From: Synergistaceae bacterium
GTDB lineage: Bacteria; Synergistota; Synergistia; Synergistales; Synergistaceae
Direction: 5' to 3'
DNA: 64,000 nucleotides
Assembly: GCA_045617925.1 (NCBI GenBank)
Contig: JAZLJR010000053.1
Span: 11,206-75,205, forward strand
Under the pieces are notes generated by a model, which saw only the letters and a program-made list of their open reading frames with translations, did not search any database and was not told the DNA's origin. How positions within the stretch are numbered: position 1 is the stretch's first letter; each line of letters opens with the position of its first letter. Shown here piece by piece: positions 9,244 through 18,484 of the stretch. Made by a program: the position numbers and the translations under genes.

Positions 9244-10510
9244 TGTATCTTTCTCCTATTGTTCTTAAATATTCTATTTGTGATGCTCTAAAGGTATATA
9301 GTGCTTTTAACGTATTATATTGTGCATTTGCCAACTTTTCTATTGCATCTGAAATTTCTAATGAATCTCCTGTTCCTGCCTTATACCTTCCATTTGCAAG
9401 TTTTAAGGTTTCTTCAGCTGCATTTTCAGCTTCTAACATTGAAAAATATGCTTCATTTGATTTATTCATGGCGGTTATTGCTACATTGACTTCGTATTTT
9501 ACAGAATTTTCAATATCCTTTAATTTTGAAGCTGCAATTTCTTTTTTTGCTTGCGCTTCTCTAATTTTGCTGTTTGTTACACCGCCATCAAATAACGGTA
9601 TTGAAGCTGATAACCTTGCATTCCATTGATCAGAATCAAAATATGTGTCACTGCCAAAATTATATCCAACACCTGCAGTAAATGATGGGGAATAGCCTTT
9701 TTTTTGCAAGGTTAAATTTTCATTAGACGCAGAAAGAAGCGCCTTTTTTGCAAGTAACTCGGGACGATTTTTTAACGCATTTTCTATTGCATTTGTTGTG
9801 TCAAATTTTGTATCTTGATATGTTAGACTTTCGTCTAACTCTTTTATATCCGAAACTTCTAAACTGAGAAGTTGTGCTAATTTTTGTTTGCTCTCTTCAA
9901 AATCTGCTTGATTTTTTACGAGCTCAGATTTTGAAGTTGCAAGCTCTGACTTTGCTCTTGTTACCTCAATTTTTGCCTTTGTTCCAACCCTATAAAAACT
10001 TTCTGCCCATTTCAGTCTGTTTTCATAATTTTGATGTTTTCTTTCTGCAATAGTTACACATTCTCTGTTTACAAGTGTTGTCCAATAAGCAAAAACAGTT
10101 TCAACAATTAGGTCATTTTCAGCTGCCTTGAAATCATATTCAGACGACAAGAAATTAAACTGTGCAGTGCGGATGTTTGCTTCTGTCTTGCCTGAATCTG
10201 AAAGTAACTGTTCAAGGCTTAACCCAGTGTTGTAAGCTCCTGTTTGGTGGCTAGCGGAAATTCCCTCTGTTCCTCTGCGCACATAAGAAGCATTTGCAGA
10301 GAGAGTTGGACTTTTTTTCTTTTCTTGCTGTGCTAGAGCTTCCTTTTGAACTTGCACTTGTTTTGACTGCATTTGCAGTGATGGATTATTCTTTAATGCT
10401 GTTTCTATTGCCTCTGACAATGTTAAAGCAGATGCCTTGTAAGGAATTTGGCAAAGATAAATTCCCAAAATCATTATCATAATTTTTAATTTATTGTTCA
10501 TAGTAATCAC
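9233..10510 (-). CDS. TolC-family outer membrane efflux protein
   Basis: 425 aa. Signal peptide and two tandem repeats of the alpha/beta outer-membrane-factor architecture. Overlaps the adaptor gene by 11 nt. Confidence 0.85.
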   Translation of the reverse strand: MITMNNKLKIMIMILGIYLCQIPYKASALTLSEAIETALKNNPSLQMQSKQVQVQKEALAQQEKKKSPTLSANASYVRRGTEGISASHQTGAYNTGLSLEQLLSDSGKTEANIRTAQFNFLSSEYDFKAAENDLIVETVFAYWTTLVNRECVTIAERKHQNYENRLKWAESFYRVGTKAKIEVTRAKSELATSKSELVKNQADFEESKQKLAQLLSLEVSDIKELDESLTYQDTKFDTTNAIENALKNRPELLAKKALLSASNENLTLQKKGYSPSFTAGVGYNFGSDTYFDSDQWNARLSASIPLFDGGVTNSKIREAQAKKEIAASKLKDIENSVKYEVNVAITAMNKSNEAYFSMLEAENAAEETLKLANGRYKAGTGDSLEISDAIEKLANAQYNTLKALYTFRASQIEYLRTIGERYNAN

Positions 10511-10534
10511 CGATTTATAATACAGTTTTTTTTA

Positions 10535-11881
10535 CTAACTCAAAGGTAGAGTAACGACAAAGGTTGTTCCCTGACCCTGTTTGCTTTTTGCAATTATTTT
10601 ACCACCGTGGGCTTCTACTACTGCCTTAACAACGGATAGACCAATTCCCATACCTCCAGATGCTCTTGTTCTTGATTTATCTGTCCTGTAAAATCGCTCA
10701 AATATGTTTGGCAAATCTTTTTCTGCAATACCAATGCCTGTATCGGAAATTGCAAGAGTTACAACATTATCTTTTGGCGATGGTGTCAAGAATATGGAAA
10801 TTGTGCCACCAGAGTCTGTATAGCGGATAGCATTTGTAAGCAGATTGTTTATGGCTTGACGTATTTTTGGAGCATCTAGTTTGCAAAATATGCCATCGTT
10901 AATGTCTGATTTTAATTCAATATTTTTTGATTTAGCTAGAGGAAAGAAGCTTGATATTGAATTTTTCAATAGGTCGCTAAAATTGCTTTGTTCAAAAGAC
11001 ATTGCGTTGTCCATTCCTTCTATTGTCATCAATCGTTCAACATCTTTTATCAAATTAGAAAGTCTGTCAACTTCTTCCACGGTCAAATGTATTCGTTCTG
11101 GTGTTGGTTGCCAAATTCCGTCCTCAATTGCTTCTAAATGTGACTTAATAATTGTTACAGGGTTGCGCAATTCATGTGTGATGTCTCCCATCATACGTTG
11201 CCGCAACTTTTCTTGCAGATCAAGCCTTTGTCCTAATGTATCAACACTATCTATCAGCTGTTGAATTTCTGTTATGTTGCTTGTCATTTCTTCTTTTTTA
11301 ACATAATCCCCTTTGGTTATGGTCTTAGCCCGTTCTGTTACTGCCATTATTGGCTTACTTATTTTATATGCAATAAATATTGCTAAGAGTGCACTGAGGA
11401 GTAGGAGGGAAGCGACAGTATGGAATAACAAAATGTTAAATTTTTTCAAAAATATTCCTTCCGGACTAGCGGAAAATGGCAGGCAAACAAAGCGAAGTGT
11501 GCCAATTGGGGTATTTTTAATAGATAGTTTATCTTCATACACCAGTAATTTTTCATTTTTCATATGGTATCTAGCCATACGCTCTTTTTTATATAATTTT
11601 ACAAGCTTGCCATCTTTATCAAGAAGCTGAACAGAGACAATAGGCCATCTATAAAAATCAAATTCTGATGTATATTTTACAGCAGTGCTCCAATCTTGAT
11701 TTTTTTTGTATAAATCTGTGAAATATTCACGAGCAGTGTTTCTATTTTCCTTAAGTTTTTCACTGGCAAATTTTTTGAAGTTCCAATCAAGTAATTGAGA
11801 AATGGAAAGTGGAATTACTAGACCGCAAATGAGCACCAACAAGAGATATTGAATAATATGCTGTGTTCGTAAGCTTCTCAT
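10535..11881 (-). CDS. sensor histidine kinase (two TM helices, HAMP, HisKA, HATPase_c)
   Basis: H-box ITHELRNP, N-box NLLTNAIRY, G-boxes DTGIGI and GGMGIGLS. Confidence 0.9.
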   Translation of the reverse strand: MRSLRTQHIIQYLLLVLICGLVIPLSISQLLDWNFKKFASEKLKENRNTAREYFTDLYKKNQDWSTAVKYTSEFDFYRWPIVSVQLLDKDGKLVKLYKKERMARYHMKNEKLLVYEDKLSIKNTPIGTLRFVCLPFSASPEGIFLKKFNILLFHTVASLLLLSALLAIFIAYKISKPIMAVTERAKTITKGDYVKKEEMTSNITEIQQLIDSVDTLGQRLDLQEKLRQRMMGDITHELRNPVTIIKSHLEAIEDGIWQPTPERIHLTVEEVDRLSNLIKDVERLMTIEGMDNAMSFEQSNFSDLLKNSISSFFPLAKSKNIELKSDINDGIFCKLDAPKIRQAINNLLTNAIRYTDSGGTISIFLTPSPKDNVVTLAISDTGIGIAEKDLPNIFERFYRTDKSRTRASGGMGIGLSVVKAVVEAHGGKIIAKSKQGQGTTFVVTLPLS

Positions 11882-12564
11882 TATTTATCTCCGTCTGTTA
11901 ATTTATAGCCGAAACCATAAACAGTTTTTATAAAATCATGCTCTGGGTCGTGTAGTTTTTTTCTGATGTTTTTTATGTAGCTATCCACAGATCTTTCAAA
12001 GCCGTCATAATCATCACCGAGAGCATAGGTGATGAGTTCATCGCGAGACCAAGTTTTTTCCGGTCTGTTTGCCATGCAGGATAAAATTAAAAACTCATTT
12101 TTGGTCATAGGAATTTCAATATCGTCTTTATAAACAGCATAGTTTTGAGGTTTAATGACTAAGTGAGGGCCGATTTTTATAACTTCAGAGCCTTCGCTAA
12201 ATTCTGCTCCTGTTTTTCTAAGGTTAGCTCGCACTCTTGCCATCAGCACCTTTGGAGAAAAGGGTTTTATGACGTAGTCATCTGCTCCAGCATCTAGTCC
12301 TGCAATGATATCGTCTTCACGGCTTTTTGCGGTTACCATTATTATAGGAGTATTTTTTTTAGAACGAATAAAACGACAGACCTCAAGGCCAGACATTCCA
12401 GGTAACATCAAATCGAGAATTACTAGGTCATAATCAAACTCTTCAAATTTTTCTATCCCAATAGCGCTATTTTCGGCAATATCGGCAGAATATCCTTCTT
12501 TTTCTATGTATGCACGTTCCACCTCTGCAATTGCTTTTTCATCTTCTATTATTAGAATTTTCAT
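11881..12564 (-). CDS. OmpR-family response regulator
   Basis: Receiver domain (DLVILDLMLPG) plus a winged-helix C-terminal domain (GFGYKL). The stop overlaps the kinase start. Confidence 0.9.
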   Translation of the reverse strand: MKILIIEDEKAIAEVERAYIEKEGYSADIAENSAIGIEKFEEFDYDLVILDLMLPGMSGLEVCRFIRSKKNTPIIMVTAKSREDDIIAGLDAGADDYVIKPFSPKVLMARVRANLRKTGAEFSEGSEVIKIGPHLVIKPQNYAVYKDDIEIPMTKNEFLILSCMANRPEKTWSRDELITYALGDDYDGFERSVDSYIKNIRKKLHDPEHDFIKTVYGFGYKLTDGDK

Positions 12565-12612
12565 AAGAGCTCCTCCAATTTCAAAATACTGTATTTTAGA
12601 ATAGAAATGTGG

Positions 12613-13095
12613 TTATTTTGTGGCAGTTCTTTTTTGTTTGAAAAATTTTTGCAGAATTTTTTTTGCGTCTTCTTCTAAAACACCGCTTGTAACTTGGCAT
12701 GTATGATAAAATCTTTCATCTTGTGGAATATTGTATAGAGAGCCACATCCGCCGCCTTTTGCATCACTTGTGCCAAACACAATTCTTTTTATGCGTGCCT
12801 GCACTAAAGCAGCAGCACACATAACGCATGGCTCAAGTGTAACATATATGGTTGCGTCGTCAAATCTCCAGTTGTCTATATATTTTGCAGCGTCGTTAAG
12901 AGCTTCAATTTCCGCATGTGCAAGTGGGGAAGAGCATTCTTTTCTTTTGTTTCTGCCACGTCCTATTATTTTATTATCTTGAACAATGACGGCACCGATT
13001 GGGATTTCGTTGTGTTCCATTGCTTCTTGTGCCATAGATAATGCTTCTTCCATAAACTTTTTATCAATGTCATCAAAGTAGTAATTTTCTATCAA
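12613..13095 (-). CDS. tadA: tRNA-specific adenosine deaminase
   Basis: HAEIEAL and PCVMCAAAL zinc-binding motifs. TTG start with a GGAGG SD. Confidence 0.9.
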   Translation of the reverse strand: MIENYYFDDIDKKFMEEALSMAQEAMEHNEIPIGAVIVQDNKIIGRGRNKRKECSSPLAHAEIEALNDAAKYIDNWRFDDATIYVTLEPCVMCAAALVQARIKRIVFGTSDAKGGGCGSLYNIPQDERFYHTCQVTSGVLEEDAKKILQKFFKQKRTATK

Positions 13096-13111
13096 GGTTT
13101 TTTACCTCCAA

Positions 13112-13140
13112 TTGAATAAAGAAATAAATTGTGATATACT
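13112..13140 (+). promoter_or_regulatory. sigma70-type promoter for tRNA-Arg(CCG), and apparently for pgsA-plsY
   Basis: TTGAAT (13112-13117), 17-nt spacer, TATACT (13135-13140), with an extended -10 TG at 13132-13133. The tRNA starts 14 nt downstream. Confidence 0.55.
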
Positions 13141-13153
13141 TCAAAAAATTAGT

Positions 13154-13230
13154 GTGTCTGTAGCTCAGCTGGATAGAGTGTATGCCTCCGGAGCATAAGG
13201 TCAGGGGTTCGAATCCCCTCAGACACGCCA
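13154..13230 (+). tRNA. tRNA-Arg (anticodon CCG), CCA encoded
   Basis: Hand-folded cloverleaf. Acceptor GTGTCTG/CAGACAC, anticodon loop CTCCGGA, T-loop GGTTCGAATCC. Confidence 0.9.
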
Positions 13231-13254
13231 TATTGTTTTTATGAGGGGAATATA

Positions 13255-13818
13255 ATGCAGAAATTGTCAAAAAACAAAATTTGGAATCTTCCGAATATTC
13301 TAACACTTCTTCGTGTTTTTCTCGTTCCTATTGTAATAGTTTTTTTAACTTTACGCACGCAATTTGGTAATTTTTGTGGTTTTCACGTCGGAGATTTAAT
13401 AGCTGTTAGCATTTTTGCTATTGCTTCTTTGACAGATGCAATAGACGGTTACCTTGCACGTAAAAATAATCAAATTACAAATTTTGGAAAATTTCTAGAC
13501 CCACTAGCAGATAAAATTTTAGTGATAGCCGTTTTAATAACTATGGTTGAGCTTGGACTTTTTCCTTCTATACCAGTTGTGATAATCATCACACGGGAAT
13601 TTATAGTTTCTGGGCTTCGTATGGTTGCAGCATCAGAAGGAGTTGTTATTGCTGCGTCAACTGGAGGAAAGCTAAAGACAATTACACAGCTTATTGGAAT
13701 TATTATGCTTATACTTGAGCTACCTTTTGCCATGACAGTTATGTGGATTTCTGTTATCCTAACTGTATGGAGTGGCATTGAATATCTAATTAACGGTTTG
13801 GATGTTATTTCTAAATAA
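13255..13818 (+). CDS. pgsA: CDP-diacylglycerol--glycerol-3-phosphate 3-phosphatidyltransferase
   Basis: CDP-alcohol phosphatidyltransferase motif DAIDGYLARK...GKFLDPLADK. Confidence 0.9.
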   Translation: MQKLSKNKIWNLPNILTLLRVFLVPIVIVFLTLRTQFGNFCGFHVGDLIAVSIFAIASLTDAIDGYLARKNNQITNFGKFLDPLADKILVIAVLITMVELGLFPSIPVVIIITREFIVSGLRMVAASEGVVIAASTGGKLKTITQLIGIIMLILELPFAMTVMWISVILTVWSGIEYLINGLDVISK

Positions 13819-13832
13819 TAGGAAAAGAGAAA

Positions 13833-14459
13833 ATGGGAGAAAAAATGAAAATTCTGCAATACGTCTTTTGGGTTTTTCTTGCATACATGGCTGGCAGTAT
13901 GCCAACTGGCTATATAGTTGCAAAAATTTTTGCAAAACGTGATATTCGTGAATTTGGCAGCAAAAACATCGGCGCAACGAATATAGGCAGGTTAATGGGC
14001 AAGCCTTGGGCAGTGTTTGTATCGCTGACAGATATGCTAAAGGGTGGCTTGCTCGTTTGGTTAGCATCATACTTCATTGATAGCAATATTCTCCTTGCTG
14101 CACTCGGTGTTGTGTCCGTTCTTGGGCATAATTATCCCCTCTGGCTTTCTTTCAAAGGGGGTAAGGGAGTATCCACGACATTTGGAGTTGTGGCTTTCTA
14201 CAATTTCTTTAATCCATTGGCAGCACTTTATGCAGGTGTCGTTTGGTTTTTAGTAATGTTTGTAAGTGGTTACGTCTCTATTGCCTCAATTATTGCAATA
14301 GCGTCTATGGCTTTTTTTGCTTGGCATTTTAATATGCCCTTGCCATATATATTGGCAATAATTTTGCTTACTCTTCTTACAATAATTCGGCATAAAGAAA
14401 ATTTGTTTAGGGTTTTGAATAAAACAGAGTTAAAAGTTAATATGAGGTTATTCAAATAA
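13833..14459 (+). CDS. plsY: glycerol-3-phosphate acyltransferase PlsY
   Basis: GSMPTGYIVAK, GSKNIGATN and FKGGKGV motifs. The true start may be the ATG at 13845. Confidence 0.9.
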   Translation: MGEKMKILQYVFWVFLAYMAGSMPTGYIVAKIFAKRDIREFGSKNIGATNIGRLMGKPWAVFVSLTDMLKGGLLVWLASYFIDSNILLAALGVVSVLGHNYPLWLSFKGGKGVSTTFGVVAFYNFFNPLAALYAGVVWFLVMFVSGYVSIASIIAIASMAFFAWHFNMPLPYILAIILLTLLTIIRHKENLFRVLNKTELKVNMRLFK

Positions 14460-14471
14460 ATACTTTATAAC

Positions 14472-14507
14472 AAAAAAGGTTGAGAATTTATTCTCAACCT
14501 TTTTTTT
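14472..14507. terminator. bidirectional intrinsic terminator
   Basis: 11-bp stem AAGGTTGAGAA (14476-14486) / TTCTCAACCTT (14491-14501), loop TTTA, flanked by A6 and T7 runs. Confidence 0.8.
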
Positions 14508-14685
14508 CGTTACATTCTTCTTTCATATGACAATGGCAATCCTTTGCAATTTCATTAGGGCAGTTTGCACAGTGACAAGTGCAATGCCTAAAGCTTCTTA
14601 TTAGGCTTCTTATTGCATAAAACAAAATGATTACAACTAACGTGCCTACAACAATGTTGCCTAAATTTTGAGTTATAAAATTCAT
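14494..14685 (-). CDS. FeoB-associated Cys-rich small membrane protein
   Basis: 63 aa. One TM helix followed by a Cys/His-rich tail (HCTCHCANCP...DCHCH). The start abuts the feoB stop. Confidence 0.7.
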   Translation of the reverse strand: MNFITQNLGNIVVGTLVVIILFYAIRSLIRSFRHCTCHCANCPNEIAKDCHCHMKEECNEKKG

Positions 14686-16790
14686 TATTTATTCCTCTCT
14701 TTTAATATGTTATAGACGAGATACCCTAGAATTATTGCAGATAGCGTTACCCCTAATGGATTTGTCCTTGCCCCTGAATAGAACTTCCCAAGTTGGAAAA
14801 TGATAAAGGAAGCACAGTAAGCAAAAATACATTGATATAAGATAGCAAAAATTGTCCATTTCCAACTGCACATTTCTTTTTTTATTGCTGCCATTGCTGC
14901 AATGCATGGAGCACAAAGTAAATTAAAAATAAGGAAAGAATATCCTGCAAGCATGGTCATTCCTTTTATATCAAGCACACCAAAAACAGCAACAATTTCT
15001 TCCTTTGCAAGCAGTCCCATTATTGTTGCGGTAACAGCTTGTATATTTCCAAAGCCTAGTGGCTTAAAGATGAAAACAAAACATGAAGCAAGATGCCCCA
15101 AGAGACTTTTTTCCAGATTCAGACTTGGTGTGTATGAGACCCCATTAGCACCATATGAAAAACTTGCTCCAATCCAAATTATGATAGATGAGATTAAAAT
15201 AACACTTCCAGCTTTTTTGATGTAAGACCATGTTCTATCTGAAACTGTCCGCCAAAGATTTGATAAATGTGGCAAGTGGTAATCTGGAAGCTCCATAACA
15301 AATGGTGCTACATCACCAGAAAAATTTTTTAAATTTTTTAATATCAATCCAGTAATTACAATTGCCAGCATTCCTGCAAAATAGGCAGAAAGTGCTACCA
15401 AAGCTGAGCCCCCAAATAGGGCAGATGAAATTAAAGCTATCATTGGCAGTTTTGCACCACAGGGGATAAAAGTTGTTGTAATTATGGTTAAGCGTCTGTT
15501 ATTCATATTTTCTATTGTTCTGCTTGCCATAATTCCAGGAACTCCACAGCCAGAAGCAACAAGAAACGAAATAAAGGACTTGCCAGACAAACCAAATTTT
15601 CTAAAAATTTTGTCTAAAATAAAGGCAATGCGAGACATATAACCACAATCTTCCAAGAATGTAATGCAGACAAAGAGTGCAAACATTTGTGGCAAGAAGC
15701 TAAGCACTGTTCCACAGCCTGCTAAAATTCCATGTATCACTAGCGAGGATAGTGGAGCAGAGACGTTATACTTTGTAAACAAGTTAGATAATAGAACAGG
15801 AAGCCCTTGCACCCAATAACTGCCAAGATACCATCCTTTGCCAAGCAAGGCGCTGTCAATCCACTCCGTTGTCCATTTTCCAACAACAGAGATGGAAATA
15901 TAGTAAACAAGAAACATTATAGCAGCAAAAATTGGCAAGGCGAAGAAACGGTTAGTGAGGAACTTATCTATTTTATTTGAAACTGTCAAATCGTAGTAAT
16001 CGGATCTCTGATATGCACCTTGCTTAATTTGCTCTATAAATTGATATCTTTCGTTTGCAATAATACCCTCGGATGAGTCATCTAACTCTTTTTCGGCTTC
16101 TCTAATATATTCTTCTATTGAATTTAGAGCATCGTTATTTATGTTGAGTTTTTCAAAAACATAGCTGTCTCGTTCAAAAATTTTAATAGAATACCATCTT
16201 TGTATATCATGAGGAACATTTTTCAAGACAGCCTCTTCTATGTGAGCAAGAGTGTGCTCAACAATTCCACAGAAGGGATGCATATTTATAGCTTGTCTTG
16301 ATTCGTGCGTTGCAAGGATAGCTGCATCTGCTACTTCATTAATGCCTTCGCCAATGAGAGCAGAAATAGGAATAACTTTACAGCCTAATCGCTCTGAAAA
16401 AAGTTCAAGGTCAATTTTATCACCACGCTGACGCACAACATCTATCATATTGACAGCAATTACCACAGGAATACCAAGTTCTAATAGTTGGGTTGTTAAA
16501 TATAAATTGCGTTCCAGATTGGTGCCATCAACAATATTCAAAATTACATCTGGATGTTCATCAATTAAAAAATTTCTTGCTATGATTTCTTCCGGAGAGT
16601 AAGGGGAAAGTGAGTAAATGCCTGGCAAATCTGTTATTGTAATGTTGTCCTTGTTACGGAGTTTGCCTTCTATTTTTTCTACTGTGACACCTGGCCAGTT
16701 CCCCACATATTGGTTTTCGCCAGTAAGAAAATTAAATAAGGTAGTTTTGCCTGAATTTGGATTACCTACAAGAGCAATTTGTAATGCCAT
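14685..16790 (-). CDS. feoB: ferrous iron transporter FeoB
   Basis: N-terminal G-domain (GNPNSGKTT, DLPG, NMID) followed by a polytopic permease domain. Confidence 0.95.
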   Translation of the reverse strand: MALQIALVGNPNSGKTTLFNFLTGENQYVGNWPGVTVEKIEGKLRNKDNITITDLPGIYSLSPYSPEEIIARNFLIDEHPDVILNIVDGTNLERNLYLTTQLLELGIPVVIAVNMIDVVRQRGDKIDLELFSERLGCKVIPISALIGEGINEVADAAILATHESRQAINMHPFCGIVEHTLAHIEEAVLKNVPHDIQRWYSIKIFERDSYVFEKLNINNDALNSIEEYIREAEKELDDSSEGIIANERYQFIEQIKQGAYQRSDYYDLTVSNKIDKFLTNRFFALPIFAAIMFLVYYISISVVGKWTTEWIDSALLGKGWYLGSYWVQGLPVLLSNLFTKYNVSAPLSSLVIHGILAGCGTVLSFLPQMFALFVCITFLEDCGYMSRIAFILDKIFRKFGLSGKSFISFLVASGCGVPGIMASRTIENMNNRRLTIITTTFIPCGAKLPMIALISSALFGGSALVALSAYFAGMLAIVITGLILKNLKNFSGDVAPFVMELPDYHLPHLSNLWRTVSDRTWSYIKKAGSVILISSIIIWIGASFSYGANGVSYTPSLNLEKSLLGHLASCFVFIFKPLGFGNIQAVTATIMGLLAKEEIVAVFGVLDIKGMTMLAGYSFLIFNLLCAPCIAAMAAIKKEMCSWKWTIFAILYQCIFAYCASFIIFQLGKFYSGARTNPLGVTLSAIILGYLVYNILKERNK

Positions 16791-16828
16791 TTTTTTTCTC
16801 CTTAAATTTTCTGTTAGTGATTGCTAAG

Positions 16829-17074
16829 TTAATGGAAGCAAACTTCTGTTTCAATTAAACTTGCGTTTTCATGCCTCAAAGTCAATTCATATCCACGTAA
16901 TGTTAGTTGCATCGGATCTCCTAGTGGTGCTAATTTTCTTACGGTAATGCACACGCCTTTTGTAATCCCCATATCCATAATGCGTCTTCGTAAGGCACCT
17001 TGCCCAAGTATTTTCTTTACTCGGACAGTTTGACCTACCTTAGCATCTGCTAATGTTGATATCAAGTTAACCAC
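16829..17074 (-). CDS. feoA: FeoA family protein
   Basis: Small SH3-like FeoA sequence (GQTVRVKKI...RRRIMDMGI...GDP). The real start may be the TTG at 17065, 5 nt after AGGTGG. Confidence 0.85.
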   Translation of the reverse strand: MVNLISTLADAKVGQTVRVKKILGQGALRRRIMDMGITKGVCITVRKLAPLGDPMQLTLRGYELTLRHENASLIETEVCFH

Positions 17075-17100
17075 CTACTTCAGTCAAATAATACATACAA

Positions 17101-17128
17101 ATTTTATCTATATACCAATCTTTGTCAA
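17101..17128 (-). promoter_or_regulatory. candidate promoter for feoAB
   Basis: On the minus strand: TTGACA (17128-17123), 16-nt spacer, TAAAAT (17106-17101). Confidence 0.45.
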
Positions 17129-17188
17129 GAAATAAAAGTGTATTGAATATAGCATAATAAATTTTGATAGCGTTATGTGAATTTTTGA

Positions 17189-17222
17189 CAAAAAAAAAGC
17201 AAGTGCCTAAAAACACTTGCGA
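17189..17222 (-). terminator. intrinsic terminator of the tRNA cluster
   Basis: On the minus strand: stem GCAAGTG/CACTTGC (17199-17205 / 17214-17220) followed by a T9 run. Confidence 0.75.
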
Positions 17223-17242
17223 CTGTGAATAAATGTATTATA

Positions 17243-17317
17243 TGGTGGGCGGTATTGGGTTTGAACCAACGACTTCCACCGTGTGAAGGTGACACTCTAC
17301 CGCTGAGTTAACCGCCC
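17243..17317 (-). tRNA. tRNA-Val (anticodon CAC), CCA encoded
   Basis: Hand-folded. Acceptor GGGCGGT/ACCGCCC, anticodon loop TTCACAC, T-loop GGTTCAAACCC. Confidence 0.9.
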
Positions 17318-17341
17318 ACGCCCGATAAAATACAAAAAAAA

Positions 17342-17417
17342 TGGTGGATCGTACAGGAATCGAACCTGTAACCCCCTGATTAAGAGTCAGATGCTCTGCC
17401 AATTGAGCTAACGATCC
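17342..17417 (-). tRNA. tRNA-Lys (anticodon CTT), CCA encoded
   Basis: Hand-folded. Acceptor GGATCGT/ACGATCC, anticodon loop CTCTTAA, T-loop GGTTCGATTCC. Confidence 0.9.
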
Positions 17418-17431
17418 ACAAAATTTAAATA

Positions 17432-17508
17432 TGGGGAGGATGAAGGGATTTGAACCCTCGACAACCGGAACCACAATCCGGGGCTCTGCCAACTGAGCTA
17501 CATCCTCC
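17432..17508 (-). tRNA. tRNA-His (anticodon GTG) with encoded G-1, CCA encoded
   Basis: Hand-folded. Anticodon loop TTGTGGT. An extra 5' G pairs with C73, as is typical of bacterial tRNA-His. Confidence 0.9.
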
Positions 17509-17526
17509 ATCTTCTTCATATATGTA

Positions 17527-17603
<77 letters not shown>

Positions 17604-17628
17604 TCCAGCCGTGCCAAGCACGCTATGC

Positions 17629-17656
17629 ATTATACACTTAAATTTTTGTTTGTCAA
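17629..17656 (-). promoter_or_regulatory. promoter of the Arg-His-Lys-Val tRNA operon, embedded in the 3' end of thiM
   Basis: On the minus strand: TTGACA (17656-17651), 16-nt spacer, TATAAT (17634-17629). The -10 overlaps the thiM stop codon, and the tRNA starts about 26 nt downstream. Confidence 0.6.
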
Positions 17657-18484
17657 TACCTTGTTTTCTAAAATTTGGCTTTCTGTAATTTTATTGATTG
17701 AATTGAGAAAGTTTGCGACAAAATCCCCGATTCCTTGAGATGCTTTAAAAGAAAGCCCACCGGCTATTTTATACAGAATTGAAGCTGAAATAGTAGCATA
17801 GAGTGGGGAAGTGACGGTTAAAAACGAAGCTATTGCACCTCCCAATGAGCACCCCATGCCAGTAATTTTTTCCATTACGTCTGAGCCACCCTGCAAATAA
17901 AAAGCATCCTGTCCGTCAGTTATGAAATCTACTTCACCAGAAACAGCCACAATGCCCTTTGTGTATTGTGCCAATAAAACCGCAGAATTTTCTGCCTCTT
18001 GAGTGGAATTTATTGCTTCTGTTCCTCTTGCTCTTTGAGTTTTATTGCTAGTTTTTCTCCATAAATTAGCAAGAGTTATAATTTCACTTGCATTGCCTCT
18101 TATTACTGATGGGAAAGCTTTTGTTTCTTGCATTTGATTAAATAATTTGTTTCGTAGCTCGCCATAACCTACTGCAACAGGATCTAACACCCACGGAAGT
18201 TTTTTATCTTTTAATGCAACAAGCATTGCAGGAATAGTTTGCTCATATATCGGAATTACTGTGCCAAGGTTTATATAAGCAGAATTTGCAATGGAAACAA
18301 ACTCTGTTGCTTCATCTGGCATATAAAACATAATTGGCGAAGCACCAAGAGCGAGCTCAACATTTGCCACCAGATTTTGGCTAACTGTATTTGTAATATT
18401 AGCAACTAAATTTTTGCTTGACTTTAAGGATGTGAGAGCTTCTATAATCTTTAATTCAATAGATTCTTTTATTTTACTAGACAT
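17630..18484 (-). CDS. thiM: hydroxyethylthiazole kinase (ThiM family)
   Basis: ANITNTV...ALGASPIM, VLDPVA, IRGNASE and TGMGCSLGG motifs, typical of ThiM. Confidence 0.8.
   Translation of the reverse strand: MSSKIKESIELKIIEALTSLKSSKNLVANITNTVSQNLVANVELALGASPIMFYMPDEATEFVSIANSAYINLGTVIPIYEQTIPAMLVALKDKKLPWVLDPVAVGYGELRNKLFNQMQETKAFPSVIRGNASEIITLANLWRKTSNKTQRARGTEAINSTQEAENSAVLLAQYTKGIVAVSGEVDFITDGQDAFYLQGGSDVMEKITGMGCSLGGAIASFLTVTSPLYATISASILYKIAGGLSFKASQGIGDFVANFLNSINKITESQILENKVLTNKNLSV

Noticed and set aside
17075-17130. Possible Fur box overlapping the feoA promoter (GATAAAATTTGTATGTATTATTT on the minus strand)
   Set aside because: Only about 11 of 19 positions match the GATAATGATAATCATTATC consensus, and the dyad symmetry is poor. 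This is not distinguishable from background in AT-rich DNA.
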